64,000 nt of DNA from Trichosphaerium sp. ATCC 40318 (taxonomy: Eukaryota; Protista; Tubulinea). Within the stretch, counting starts at the first letter, position 1. Each line of letters starts with the position of its first letter. Made by a program: the position numbers and the translations under genes. The notes beneath the pieces are model-generated. The model saw only the letters and a program-made list of their open reading frames with translations, ran no database searches and was not told the origin of the DNA. The stretch spans positions 62,001-126,000 of the forward strand of contig JALMLS010000376.1 in NCBI GenBank assembly GCA_038496445.1, written 5' to 3'. This document shows positions 28,261 through 41,962 of the stretch, piece after piece.

Positions 28261-29033
28261 TTTTAGAACAAGTTGATATAATGTTGGGTAGAAGACTATT
28301 TAAAAAGAAGCCAAAAAAGATTGTTGAGTACGACAAAGAAAATGTCGATTCAAACGTATGCAATCAAACGGGTTTTTTTTGCTTACCTTATTTACATATT
28401 AAAAGTCGTGTAGGTATTGATAATGCTAACTACACCTGAAAAGCGTAAGCGCAACATCAATGTAGAATAGTGCGTTAAAAAGCCCGCTCAATTCATTCCA
28501 TTTTTAACTACAAATAGCCCCGAAACACCAGAACAAAAAGCAAAGATGCCACGAACAGGGTAAGCTATAGTGCTTCGTAAACGTAGCTAATTTTATTATG
28601 TCAAAATAGGTATCCATCACCAGAAGTAATACCTGCTGCACTTGATCCAAGGTCACCAAAAACAAAATTGCGAGAGCAGGCCAATAATAATTCACCAACA
28701 AAAGTACTACAACCAGCAAGCACCCACGGTAAAGCAAAGTCGTACAAGAAACTGTAAAACAAGACAACACATCAAACCAATAACTAGACTATGAACATTT
28801 TTCTTTTTTTGTCAATTCATTTCGAACTAGAATTCCCGAAATTTCTTTTGTCTTCTTCACGCCTCAAAAAAAATCAACTACTAAATCAAGCCTTCCTTTT
28901 TTAATCCAAGAGTCAATGCTTTACTTGAAAAAAGATTACGTATAGTTACACTTATGTTAAATCCTGTACATGAAAAAAAGTCACCTTCTTTTTTTCTTTT
29001 CAAAAAAAAAGTTGTGACAGTAGTTTATCCTCA

Positions 29034-32000
29034 TCACCTACCACCACTGCCGCTACTAGTATCGCCTAGAGAATTCTCATCTATAACAATACTGCTCGAA
29101 TTATCCTTAGGATTATCCTTTCGCTGAGAAGATGGAGGAAGCAAATAAGGATGATTAAGACAAGCACTAACATCTGGACGCAATGAAGGTCCCGTAGTGA
29201 GACACTTGCTTATAAAATCCTAAATCATACATCAGCGGAAAAACCAGTACACAACATGAACAGAAACAGTTCGGTTCTGTAGCAAGGAAAAGTGTTTGTT
29301 ACCTTTGCCTTTGATGTGACTTTAGGCGAAGCAGGAAATTCGACGCCTGTAATTTTTGAAATAATGCCTCCTTTCAATATATCATGCTGTGATCGATTAT
29401 CACCAAAAGGTTTCTTTCCATACAGCATTTGATAAAAAATTACACCAGTTGACCATACATCAACCTTAAAAACTGCATGAGTTCCACCAAATATCACAAC
29501 AAATAATTTTTACTCAAATCCAGTTTTTCTCGAGGGCTGGGATATCGGTAAGCGTACCTTTGGCGATATCTTGGGGGTAGCAGTTGTTTCAAAGCACTCT
29601 GGTGGAAGATACCAATAAGTTCCAGCACCCTGACTAGTGAGTTCCATAACATCTTGTTCTTCCTCCATAATTTTGGACAAGCCAAAGTCTGTAATCTTAA
29701 AAAACACGTGAGAAAAACAACTATTTTTTTGTGCTAGCAAAAAAAATACATTGTAATGAGTACGTACTTTAATGCTGCCATACTTATCAAACAAGATATT
29801 GCCAGGCTTGAGATCATAATGTATAACTGGTCGTTGTTGCTCACTGAGGTACTTCAAACCTCTTAATATCTGTATAGTGATTATTCTTGCTTCTCGTTCA
29901 GGTAGTCGCTAAATAAATTATCAGAGCACGAAATGTACAAGTGTTCGTACTCTGTGTTGCTTTAGGTAGCCATCCAAATCGCCACCAGGACAAAATTCCA
30001 GGGCTGTACAAAAACTTGTTTTATCAATCTCAAAAACATCGTAGAGCTTAACAACCCTCGGATGATCCTAAATGTCAAAGTTAGAAATAACATCGATGCA
30101 AAAAAAGAAAGTGCTGTTCATACCAGTCGCCTATGAATATTGTACTCTCTACAAGCATGACGGGTGTAATTTGTTCGCTTCTGAGGTGCCCAATGAGGGT
30201 TCAATCGGTGAACTTTACAAGCAACTTGACGCAATTCTTGCAAGTCAAAAGCCTATTCATGAAAACTTGCATTAGATTCCGCAAAAAAAATACTTGGTTG
30301 GTCAAAGCATATCAAATAAAAATGAACGTTATAACATCATTTTTTAACAAGTGTCATACAAATGTCATACCTTATATACTTCGGAGAATCCACCCTTACC
30401 AAGAAGAGATAATAAAATATAACGCCCATCACGTAAAGAAGGACAATTATTAAGAACAGAGGTATCCTCATCTTGAATGCGTTTAATTTCTCTAATTTGA
30501 AGTCCTTTTTGAACTTTCAATTGGGCTTCTTCTTGCTCCAAATCTTGCATTTCCTAGATACCAAGAGTTAAAGCCATACCAAGAAAATGAACATCATTTT
30601 TTCAACCACCGAAGTACTTTGAAATAAGAAGTATTGTGATGTTCAAACTTACACGTTTAAGACTTGTAACTTTTACAGAAATAATCTCCTGGGCTTCCAA
30701 GATACTCGACAAGTCAACATCTGACTTGGAACCATCTTCAATAATACCATTAAAAACCACATTGATCTTTACATCTAAAAATACGCACCAGAGGTACTAC
30801 GCAGTTGTGTCTTACGCCTTAGGTTTTGTAAAGCTTTTTTCTTTTTATCAAGAGCTTCACGTAGCGTAATAAGCCGTTCGCGCTTTTCTGCAATTTTAAT
30901 AAACTTAGTACCAGGCTGCCAGACTTCAACATAATCCGTTCCACGTCTTAAAATTGTAGATTAATATTTTTGATTTACAAGAAAGAAATATGCAATTTCT
31001 TGTAGTTTCTTTAAAATCGTACCTCTCCTTGTTAATACGCCCAATATCAACTAGATTCTTTTCCATCTCTCTTCTTGCTTTCTCTTTTTCAATCCTTGTA
31101 TGATCTCGCAAAAGGGTTCCTAGCACTTCTTGGACCTACATGACTTATAAGTTTACCTTCATAACACTAATTTGCACGCACCTTAATCCGATAAGCATCG
31201 TTATCTTGCTAGAAACAGATTTAGTTTGTGTTGCTTGTTAGAAAAAAAAACTTATCACATTTTGATGTTAAAGTATAAGAACATTGCACCTGAAGTAACA
31301 ACAACGTACCTTGTATTCTTTCATCTTTAGCTCAATCTCTCCATTTAAGTCTGCTTCTTTTTTTTTCAATGTCTCTTCACATACTCTCAAACGTTCGCGC
31401 TTAGTCTGATGACAATTAACATTACGTCATGATGTTGCAAAAAAAAAAACCAAACAATACATGCCTCTAATTCCTTTGCACGAACTTCAAGTCTCCTTTC
31501 TTTTTCCTTTAAAATCTGTAAAACGTCAACAACTTGCTTATTGTAACACAACTATTGACGTACTCGTTCCTTTTTTTCTATAGCAGTCTCCATATTTTGC
31601 TCTTGTAAAGAGTCATCCATTAGTTTAGGAATCTTAAACGGTGGCATATTATCACTGACCTGTATTCAAAAAAAAATTAGACAAGCTTAAAAAAAGATCA
31701 CTCGGCACACATACAGCTGATGCTGGGCGCTTTGTGCCTCCAGAAGGATGGACGTAATGACCGGGAGGACTATGAGAAGAGCCATTTTGTACTTGACCTT
31801 TTGCTTCTATGCGCTTCCACCTACAAGCAAAGGTTAGAGCAAACAAATTGCAAAAAAAAAAATGTCAACCTGTCACGTATGGATGTCTTTGATCTATTAT
31901 CCAAACCATAGTTTGTTTTTATTTTGTTCTACCTTATGCATAAGCAAAGAAATAATAAAAGTGCGTTATCCCGCGCATGAATAATTTTTTCGTTGGGTTT

Positions 32001-32540
32001 TTTGAATAGGAATGTTGGGTGAGTGTGGGGAGCGGTCGTTTTAACGCACCCAGTCGGTTCCAAATTTTACAAAGCCCTACAAAGAAGTTACGCTCATTTT
32101 TTACTGCTGGTGCATACCTCTCGTAGGCAAGCATCCTCTTCTGGGGTCCATCGCTTGTAAGTTAGGTTTTTTCGTTTCGGCGGGTTCATAGGTGGTGAAT
32201 TTGTGCCTGTACTTACTACGCGATTTGCCTGAAATCGATTAGTAAGCGACGTTTAAATGTCATCTCAAAAGATCTCGTTCTACAAAAGCAAAAACTGAAT
32301 TTGACTACCTAACGTGGTGCTACCCAACACAGGTCATTTGTACAAACCAATTAATTTGAGTGTAAACAAAAATCAAAGTAACCCCCAATAAACCTTGCGT
32401 AAAATTACCTGCGGTTGTGCGCTAGTTGCCTCTGGAAGGGACGAGCTCATAGAATTGTCTGTGCGACCGAGACGAGCTTCAAAGGCCTCAACGCGACTTG
32501 GGTCCACATTTTTAAGCACAAACTCGGGTATTGTGGTCAT
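29034..32540 (-). CDS. TLK: Tousled-like kinase
   Basis: N-terminal [12 protein letters not shown]; coiled coils; [90 protein letters not shown]. Confidence 0.95.
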
Positions 32541-32960
32541 AGGCGCGCTTGTACATCTGACTACGTAATTTTTGAACTTTGACTAACGTAAAAACTCAAT
32601 AATTTTCTCCAACTGGTACAACAGGCTATAGGCACGGTATAGAAACGCAACAAAAAAAGTAAATCGGTGCAATTTTACCGCCACTAATTTTGTAGCAACC
32701 GTGGTTTTGCCTTTGCAGTGCCAGTAGTGCGGTTTTTAAATGCTAGTGATCGTTTTGGTACTGTTGCAAAACATTTTAACTCGCAGCAGCCTCTAAGTTA
32801 TCAGGTTGGTGCGCCCTTGGTGTCTGTAATAACCTCACGGAGTGGTTGCTTCGGTACGTAAAACTTTAAGCGCCGCAAAAATGCACAAATTCCACTTTTA
32901 GTTGACCACCATTTCTTCAGAAACTCGTTGGTGTTACGGAAAAACGACCAGCAAAACGAT

Positions 32961-33828
32961 ATGGCTACTCCTGCGCAGTCTAAGAAGGGTGGCTTTACGG
33001 CTGGAAATAACGAAGCAAAGCAGGTGTGTCTCGTATTTTATGTTAATGCATCTTGCTAATTTCGTGCCTAGTTCGCTAGTATAACACCCACAGAAGTTAC
33101 TAAGGTAAGAATTTCCGAACTAGATTCACTGGTAGAGAGAGCAGATCAACTCATAACCATGTTTAGGTGCAACGGCTAATTGAGAGATGTTTACAGCTGT
33201 ATATGTCTAAACAGGAGACTTCAGACGCGTTACACTATAAAGCAAATATCCAACCCAATTTTACTGCTCTAGGTATATTATAAACTACATACTGTAGCAT
33301 TTTATCGTTGTAACTCTTTTTTGTAGTCTGGAAAAAAATGGAGGAGCAAAACCCGGGATTCTTTAAAGCGTACCAGTTACGACTACTAGTTAAGAATCAA
33401 ATACAATCATTTAATTACTTGGTCAGTCAACAGGTACGCGCAAAGCCCAAAAGTGAACAAATCGGTATACTAATACGCTACAACAGGCCCAAATAATGCA
33501 AAAACGAGCCCCTGCGCATAGTGCGTGGAGTGGTTCTGACCACCAGCAAATTGCCAAGCCTTACAACGGCAAAGGAGCTCAATTTCCCACATCTAAACCT
33601 GTAGATACACCAAAGATGAACGGACGTCCAGGCGATAACAAATTTGGGCAATCCTTTGAAAACAACGAACAGATGCTTTCAGCTTCTCCTTCTCAATTTT
33701 TGAACTTGGAAAGCAATGGTCCTCCAGCAAGTGCGTAAACGCTCTTTACACCATTGCACAGGCTTTTTTTCCCTCTAATAAACATGTGCGTAGATGCGAA
33801 AGGAATGTATATGGGCATGCAGTACTGA
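32961..33828 (+). CDS. A_thal_3526 / CHP01589-domain protein
   Basis: Spliced VQRLIERCLQLYMSKQETSDALHYKANIQPNFTALVWKKMEEQNPGFFKAYQLRLLVKNQIQSFNYLVSQQ. Confidence 0.85.
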
Positions 33829-34029
33829 TTCAAAATGTTGGTTTCTTACCCTTTATGTAAAGTGCTGAAATAGTTTCAGCACGCTCCAATGGAATAACGA
33901 TCGTTGTTCTTGCCTGTAATAAATAGTTGATTGTAAAGCTTGGCTTCCTCCAAAGCCCCATAACATAATTTTTTTTGTTGATACAAAATTGCGGTGTCAT
34001 TATTATTAACTGTCACATGGTGATGCAAT

Positions 34030-34476
34030 TTACTCTTTATCAAACTGTACACGGGTAATTAAAACTTGCCTACCAAGTGGCGTTGTTGGCCTATTTTTTG
34101 GTGTCTAGTGAAAATTGTAAGTGATTTGTTTTCTTTTTCATATGTTATTGATGAGTGTACCTGTGGTCATTAATCGTACAAAAAGGGAATTTAGCTCTTG
34201 GATCTTTGGTAGATCGTTCTGTTTTTTAGTTTTGTATTTGAGAACCTATCATTCTCGTGTGAGAGTTGAGTGGATAGGACTAGACGCACATGTTCGTTGT
34301 TTGTAACTTTCAAAATAACTTGGTTGTCCTTATGGCTGTACTTTGTTACGTAGCGTGTCTAGGCGCGTGAATTGAGCGTTTTAGGTACAGTAAAGCCTAC
34401 TTACAGTTTTTGGAGCTGTTCGATACATTTTCTCGGCCGCTGCCTTAAATTCTTCCCAGTCATGTATGTAGCTCAT
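34030..34476 (-). CDS. SRP9: Signal recognition particle 9 kDa protein
   Basis: MSYIHDWEEFKAAAEKMYRTAPKT|TRYVTKYSHKDNQVILKVTNNEH|VLKYKTKKQNDLPKIQELNSLFVRLMT; missed by the ORF track. Confidence 0.9.
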
Positions 34477-34558
34477 ATTTTACACGTAATTGTTCGAATT
34501 GATTTGGCATGACTCCAGCTGACTAAGCTGAAAGTCTAAACGCGTCTTCTTTGTCCAC

Positions 34559-35183
34559 ATGAGTACGAAAGCACGCTCTCGCCTTATACGTGATTTTAAA
34601 AAATTGCGTAATGACAGTTTAACGGGCATTTTGGCCATACCTAATGAGCACAACATGTACCAGTGGTATGCGGTTATTATAGGGTATGTTCTGAGCGTAG
34701 TTTAAATATTAAACAACTTTTTTGAATTGCTGAAATGTTTAGTTTGCAAGGAACGTTATGGCATGGCGGCACCTTTAAGCTTAGCATCAAATTTAGCGAA
34801 GAGTATCCAAAGAAAGCTCCAGAAGTAAAATTTTTAACCAAGATTTTTCATCCAAATGGTTCGATCAGTTTATAACCTAAACGTCTTCTAACGAAAAATA
34901 GTATACGCTGACGGTAAGATTTGTCTTGACATCTTACAGAAAAAATGGAGTCCAGCTTTTGATGTTGGCGCCATACTGACCTATGTACAGGTTCGTTGTT
35001 TGTCTTTTTTTTTTCTTTTTCTAATTTGTATTGCAGCAATTATTGACGGATCCAAATCCTGAGTCTCCAGCAAACAACGAGGCTGCAAAGTTATTTTCTT
35101 CAAACATAGTGGAATACACGAGACGTGTTAAACAAATAGTCATGGATTCGTGGGAGTTTACAAACTCTATGGAAGTTCAATGA
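34559..35183 (+). CDS. Ubiquitin-conjugating enzyme E2, RAD6/UBE2A-like
   Basis: [16 protein letters not shown]..., [46 protein letters not shown]. Confidence 0.85.
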
Positions 35184-35299
35184 TTTACGTGCGATGTATT
35201 ATAAAAATGTGAATAAAGACTGGCGTTTTTTCCCTTGCCACTTGACCTATTTAGACCTCGTTAAGCTCACAAGTACGCGCTACGCGCTCTGAGCATAAA

Positions 35300-36049
35300 A
35301 TGAGCAAACATGCATCCGTAGCAAATAGGTTGTTTAGTGATATTCGCAAGGTGGCAGCCAACGATTTCACTTGTAGCTAATCTCATACTAGATAAAAGAG
35401 GAGTTCAGCAGGGCTCAAGTACTTCATCAGGCTGAGATAGAAAAGTACGTTGTATCCGACAAGATAAAACTCACTCTACTCGTCCAGCCACAATAACACC
35501 AAGAGAGAATTGGAACGTAGCAAACAAGCATTAGCTAAAAGCAGATGTAAAATTGAGAAGTTAAGAAAGTACGTAGTGCTACCTGTCAAGTTGTTTAAAA
35601 GCACAAAAGAAAGATGGCAGAACAATTTGTAGCAGAATTTACACAAAAGAAGCGCATGGAAAGCATCACAGGTAAAAAAGAAGAGTTGCAAGTAAAGGTT
35701 TGTCATTACGTACTCATTTCTTTTGTTTGACTTTACACAAAAGGGAGACAAGCTGGAAAAAAGCATACAAGGACTTTACAAAGAAATTGAAGACGCACAA
35801 AATCATCACTTACAAGTATCAAGTGACTTTGTAGACACGCTCAATGAGGATGTAAGCAGTCTAGAGCAAGAAGCATTGTCTAAAAAACAATCATTGGAGA
35901 GAGATGTTGAGGATATGAACAAACTGCTTGAAGCCATAAAAGATGAGTTGTGGAGTCAAATATCAGAAGCCAGAGAGTCGCTGGCAGCTGCAAAAAGGGA
36001 GCACTCTTACCTTGATACATTAGTAGCTACATTGCAAATGAGAATGTAA
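35300..36049 (+). CDS. Coiled-coil protein of unknown function
   Basis: Spliceable ORF with heptad-rich sequence ending YLDTLVATLQMRM. Confidence 0.6.
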
Positions 36050-36337
36050 AAAATCACCTTCATGAACACGGAGGACTTTTTTTCAACTGACATTGTTTTG
36101 TGCTTCTCGGCTTATCCTGCCGTTCTTTTATTCTGGATAAGGGTGTAAATGTCGGCAATACAATCTGCTTTGTGCTTCTAGTCTGTAGAGTTGCATTTTT
36201 CTATTCGGTAGATAAATTAAAACCAAAGTGCGAGTTGAAATCCGATAAAAGTCTAAAACTTTTTATGAATGCTATTTTCAACTAACTTGACCGAAACGGA
36301 CAATAGTCTGTTAGCAACAGTTGGTGCGTGATTTGTT

Positions 36338-37689
36338 ATGTCTATAGCGAAAGGAACGACTGTAAAGCTTGGTAATCGAACGTTAACGTTTGGAGAGTCA
36401 ATTGGTGAGATTGAAAATTCAAACGACATTGTAAATGATGCTAAAGCGTGTCGTGAGCGTGTACGCTATTAAAATGAAAATAAAAAATTAAAAAGAGTGT
36501 TAGTTGGCACGTGACGGATATTTGTTCTTTAAAGGCTTTCATGATAAAGAAAAAGTACTGCAGGCCAGAAAAGAGCTTATAGCACTTGCTGAGGCTAAGG
36601 GATTGCTTAAAGCATGTGACTTTGCTCTTTTTTGCCTAAAACGGAGTAGGCTGGATCGCGACCCGAGGATGCGCTCATTGGTTTGGAAAACAAAGCAACG
36701 TTATTTGGTCATGACTGTGGGATCAACCAGAAGACTTTCATGAAGGTTTAATTATGCCTTTACACTATGTACTGTTTACACTTCTCATAGAAGAACCTAC
36801 CTACCTTTATCGAGGTTGTAGAATCGCCTAAAGTTACTGAATTCTTTGACAAGTTGTATGATGAGAAATCACAGGTTTTTGGTGAGTTGCATGATATTGC
36901 TTTATCTCATGCAACTCCAATAGACCATCACTGGGTGCGATGTGTACCAAAGGATGCGTTCACAGGTTTTCATTATGATATAATTTACATGGGTCGAGGT
37001 TGGCCAATAGTATATAGTCCGAACAAACTCATTCAGTAAAAAGGTGCTCAAGATGTTTATTCAATGTGGACGCCTTTTGGTGATTGTCCTCTTGAACAGT
37101 ATGACTAAATGTGTAATATGTTATTCTAATTTATGCAAAACAGAGGAGGGTTGGTGGTGTGTCCAGGATCTCATAAGTATACAAGATTAATAGAAACTTA
37201 TGGAACAGCTGATGTTGATCGAGATAATTTAGGTAGAGAAAAAGATGGTCACATCTCTAAAGGTAAGAAAAAGCATTGGAAAGAATCTTTCACGTGCTAA
37301 CCAAAATATTTATCTAGACCCTTTTGAAGTAATAGAAAAGTTTGGTGCTAAACTTGCTACAACCAACTATGAAGCTGGTGACGTTATGATTTTTGGTACT
37401 ACTTTGTGCCTTATTGATTTTGAACGAGTTTTCGCTGTAGGAATGTTCTTTTTGCATGCTTCATTAACGAATATAAATGACACATACCGCTTCAGCGCTG
37501 ATGTAAGATACCAACGTTCTTCTGCTCCTAAAGACGAAAGGTGGTTTGGAAAGAATCCAAAAGGACATTATGTTAGTACTTATCAACAAGCTCATTACCA
37601 TTTATTTACTCATGCTTTTTACTATTCAGAGATGGGGTACGCCTGGTGGTAAGACTATGGCAGAAGCTAAATCCCACTGGGGTATATAA
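36338..37689 (+). CDS. PhyH-family Fe(II)/2-oxoglutarate dioxygenase
   Basis: LARDGYLFFKG, TGFHYDIIYMGRG (HxD), WTPFGDCPLE.GGLVVCPGSHK, distal LHASLTN..RFSADVRYQ. Confidence 0.85.
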
Positions 37690-37822
37690 AGGTTGCGTTT
37701 GGTCAAAGTGTATCGTTTTATAAACAGGTTTAGAGGTTGTCTTATTATTAATGTACTTTAGTTTTTTTTTACATTGGTTTGTTGTACTGAGGTTTTTCTT
37801 GTTTTTTTTTGACTTGTGGAAG

Positions 37823-39543
37823 TCAACTGCTCTTTACTTCTTCTTTCTTATCAGATTTTTCTTCCTTTTGTTTCACTTCTGAGCCTTTATTTTCAACTGG
37901 ATCTGGGCGTTCTGGGTTCCATAATGAGTCAGGCGATATGCCAAAAACTATTCATTGTTAGTACAACAGCTTGAGCTTCTTTTTTTTACCTCCGTTACTT
38001 TTACCAGCAGCCAAAAGTGGTATTGATGCAAAGGTTTGCCCCTTCTTGATCATACCTAAAGGTAATCCTACGAGAGACTTCACTATACTAAACCGAAGCA
38101 AGCATTGGTAGAAATGAGTAAACAACAACGAAGGTAACAAGACACAATAATATCCCTACAGTAAAGAAACAAATAAGAAAAAAACACGAATGGATCAAAT
38201 CGATCATTTGTTGAAAAAAACCGTACAAGCGGCGCATAAAATCCAGCAACAAATAATGCAATTCCACCAACTGGTAATGCTACATATTTTACTGCTTTCA
38301 TCAACATGTTACAGTTTTTATCTTCTGGTAGGTACATCTTGAAAAATGAGAAATTAGTCAAGTCACTTCACATTTTTTTTGAACTTGTTTGTACCATGAA
38401 CCCTATCATTAGAGCAGCAGCGATTCCTGGACAAATTGGATTGGGAGTCATTGACATTAATGTGCCATCAGCCAACCATGTAAGAGGAAAAGTTTCGTTT
38501 GCAGCACTTGGTAGAGTCACAATAATACGTCTAGACCCTGAGAAACTATTAGCGCCAATGACTTTTTTGTTTTGTGATCAGTAGACTTTTTTTTTGGTAC
38601 CTCTAAGTATTCCGTAGAGTAAAGGTAACCAGACAACTGTTGGTACGATAATGTGTAGAGGGTTGACTTTAAATGTGATATTAATCGCCTAAATATTGTT
38701 TGTAAGATGTGTCTTGCAATCTAGTGACAAAAAAGAGTACCTTGAGGGCAGTGCTGTAGTAGAATATTGCAGCGATATCTAAGGAGTATGAGAAAGTAAT
38801 AAATAAGCCAATTGAATGCGTACCTTTAGCTACAAAAGCCTGGAACATATCATTTGCGATCCTGAGATATTTAGGAAACAATACAGCAAGAACAGCAGTT
38901 CTACGCATCATAGGCCAGAAGACCATTGGATACAGGAATAACCTTGCTAAAGCATAAAGTCAGTTTAAGTACATCCGTGAGACATGCTCGCACCTCCAAT
39001 AGTGGCTACTACAAATGTAAAAGACCTACAAGTGTGAAGGTTAGGTTTTTTTTTTTGGTTGAGATTTATCCCTACCAAGAAGCGTCCGGAATTGTAAGGT
39101 GTAGGCTCTCTAGTAGCATTGCGAATACATCTGTCCATGAAGCAATGACAATGTCAGGGTCTACATCACCAACAGGTACTTCAAGCTTATCTGGGCGTAC
39201 TCTGGACCAGAAATTACCATGTTCTATTTTTTTACCTTTAGTTTGTTAACGTGTTGAGACATTACCTGCTACTGGTAAGCCATGAAAATCACCCATATCT
39301 GTTTCATCATTTTCAGCGATGGTCCCTCCGTGTTGAATTGGGTCGTGGATGTCTCTTGTTATGCGTGACACTGAAAAGTATCTTACACCGCTGCGTAAAG
39401 CAGATGGACGAGCGTTTGTGCGTAGACGGTGTAAATTTATGCCGTTGCGCGTTGTTACGACTTTATGCTGGTTAATGTAATTAATAACGACGTTTGAGCG
39501 TGTTCAGTGTACCTGTGGTTTTACAATTGCTTTTTGGCGACAT
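37823..39543 (-). CDS. Multi-pass membrane protein of unknown function
   Basis: Spliced exons with many hydrophobic segments (LHIIVPTVVWLPLLYGIL; VALPVGGIALFVAGFYAPL); charged C-terminal tail; start approximate. Confidence 0.55.
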
Positions 39544-39705
39544 TTTACGCTCGTAAACTGTGTACTACGCGCGAACTGTATAATCCTCGCTTGGTTTGTT
39601 AGTAGCATGTCGCCTACGCCATTCCTTGTTTGCAGAAATGAGTTGACATTCCATAATTCTTTTTGAGACTTAAAAATAACGGAGAAAGCTACCAGAATTG
39701 ATGTA

Positions 39706-40950
39706 ATGGCGACTCTAACCATACCTCAGCTTTTGGAACAAGCTGAAACGTTCACGGATCAATTTGACTATGAAAAGGCCAAAAATGCGTACATGAAAGT
39801 TCTAACGTCCGATCCAGAAAATACAAGCGCTCTTGATGGCCTTGGTGAGATTTTTATTGAAGTTGGCGATTTCATCACAGGAGCGAAGGTAACAGCGCGC
39901 AACGCACTCAAATAACAACAAAGATATAGTTTCTTATGCGTAGTGTAAGCATACGCCCAGACGAAGGATTTGCCAAATTCCTATTGATGGCACAGATTTC
40001 AGAGGGAACAACAGCGTTAGATTGGTACAAAAAGGGATTAATTGTTTTAAATAGAGAAGCAGTAACAAAGAAAGCACGTGGACAATTGGAAAACATAATT
40101 TTTTTTGCTAACATTACATAAGGATGTGCAAGAGCACTACGTTGAAACAAAGTTATCGTTACTATGTTCAATTGCAGAATTATATATGGCCGAATTAGGT
40201 AATCAAATCTTAAGCTTTGGTACTCTTCTGACGTTTGTGTACCCTAGGTGGAGAACCAAATGCAGAGGCTGAGTGTGAAAGGTATTTACAGGAAGCTCTT
40301 GCACTCGATGGTGGTAACGCTGAAGCTATGCAGGTACTAAACATTGCATTATCTAGCTAGAATAGTAACTTGAAACATAATTAATGAATTAATTAAAGCT
40401 TCTTGCAAGTGTACGTATCAGCCAACAGCGACACCAAGAAGCCTTACAAATACTTAAAACAAGTTTACAAAAATGGGATTCCTCAGGTAAGATATAACAC
40501 GTGCCAAAAAGCACTTGGTGACACGCTATAAATGAGTACTTACTTTGTTTCTTTAGATATGGACAATGCACCTACTTATGAATTTCGATTACAAGCTGGA
40601 CAACTATTTCTAGAGCTAAAAGACTTTAATACTGCAGTTCATATCTTCGAGCAACTACTTGACGAGAACGATTCAGTCCCTCAAGTATGGTACTTGGCTG
40701 CATTATGTTATATTGAAGTGGGAAACAGCTCAGATGCCAAAGAATGTATTACTAAAGGCGAACATGTACGTTATTGTGCCCGTGTCATCATACAATTTGC
40801 TGTTCGATACTAATCGTATTTTTAAAGGCTCTAAGTAGAGCAGAGGATGTTATAGAACGTGAAGATTTAGTAAAAATGTTCAAACTTCTTACTGAGCGCG
40901 CAAAGCAAATCCCAGCACCTGTTGATGGAATGGACATTGACTCAAAATAA
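39706..40950 (+). CDS. TPR protein, ACL4 (Rpl4 assembly chaperone)-like
   Basis: SIRPDEGFAKFLLMAQISEG, CSIAELYM, LASVRISQQR, PTYEFRLQAGQLFLE, LLDENDSVPQVWYLA. Confidence 0.8.
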
Positions 40951-41139
40951 CTCTCTTTTGGTTTTTCTCCTTACTTCACAATTTTAATTACAGATGGTTT
41001 ACAGGTGATATTACAGGCATGTAGAAAAAGCTACAATACTTCTTGTCTAGTATTTTGTAGAGATCTGAAAGAATAAACTTTCTAAACTCTAGATAGTAGC
41101 CTACTTTCGATAATCTTAGAGCAACAAGCTGTGTCGTTC

Positions 41140-41812
41140 TTAAGATGTTTCCGCTGGTGTTTCTGCTGGTGCTGCAGTGAGCAAAAGTGGTGGTTTTGGT
41201 ATTCCAAGCCTAGATGGTACTCAATTCGAGTAGTTTTAATTGTAGGGCTTACCACGAACGTATAAGGTCTTCGAGGTAAGGACTGAGTATTCTAGGCGTT
41301 GGTTGGATATTACAAAGTTCAATTTTTTGTTGTGCCAAATCGCGGTAGTATCGCAATGTGTCAGTCCAACTTTTCATGCGTATCACGAAGCATTCTGGTT
41401 AATTATAAGTTCGTTAGTACGAAAAGTTATTGCTTACCGAATTCCGCACTGTAATGGAGAATAGTAGTAGGACCGTACTTTTCTGGCGTCAGTTAGCGTG
41501 AGGAGTATCGTACATGATCAATTGACGAACCTGTCAAGCGTCGCATTGATTGAAGCGCATCAAACAGCTTAGGCTGTACAACGCTGCCTGGTACTTCAGC
41601 GCTAACAACTAGATAGTTTAATAGCTAATAAAAAACGTTAAATTCAGTAGCTTCGCGAAAGAGTGTACATTTGTTGTATTTTCTCCTTTTCGGCGTTTAT
41701 AATGTCGCTCGCATAACGCACGCCACATTCTGTCAACTGTTCGGCACAACAACAATGATAGAAGATCTACCTCTGAAAATATCGCGTCCCATATCTCTGG
41801 TGGTAGTATCAT
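41140..41812 (-). CDS. F-box protein
   Basis: N-terminal LPPEIWDAIFSEVDLLSLLLCRTVDRMWRALC; multi-exon; TAA at 41140-41142. Confidence 0.7.
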
Positions 41813-41962
41813 TGCTGAATAAACACTTTTACACTACAAGGCGACAGCCAAGACTTAAGTTCAGGTCTCTCCCGTTCAACGAAGGATATTTGATTTTATC
41901 TCATCGACAGTCCCAGACGAGCAGCAACAGTCAAACTATAGCTCAACTATACAACGAGTATT

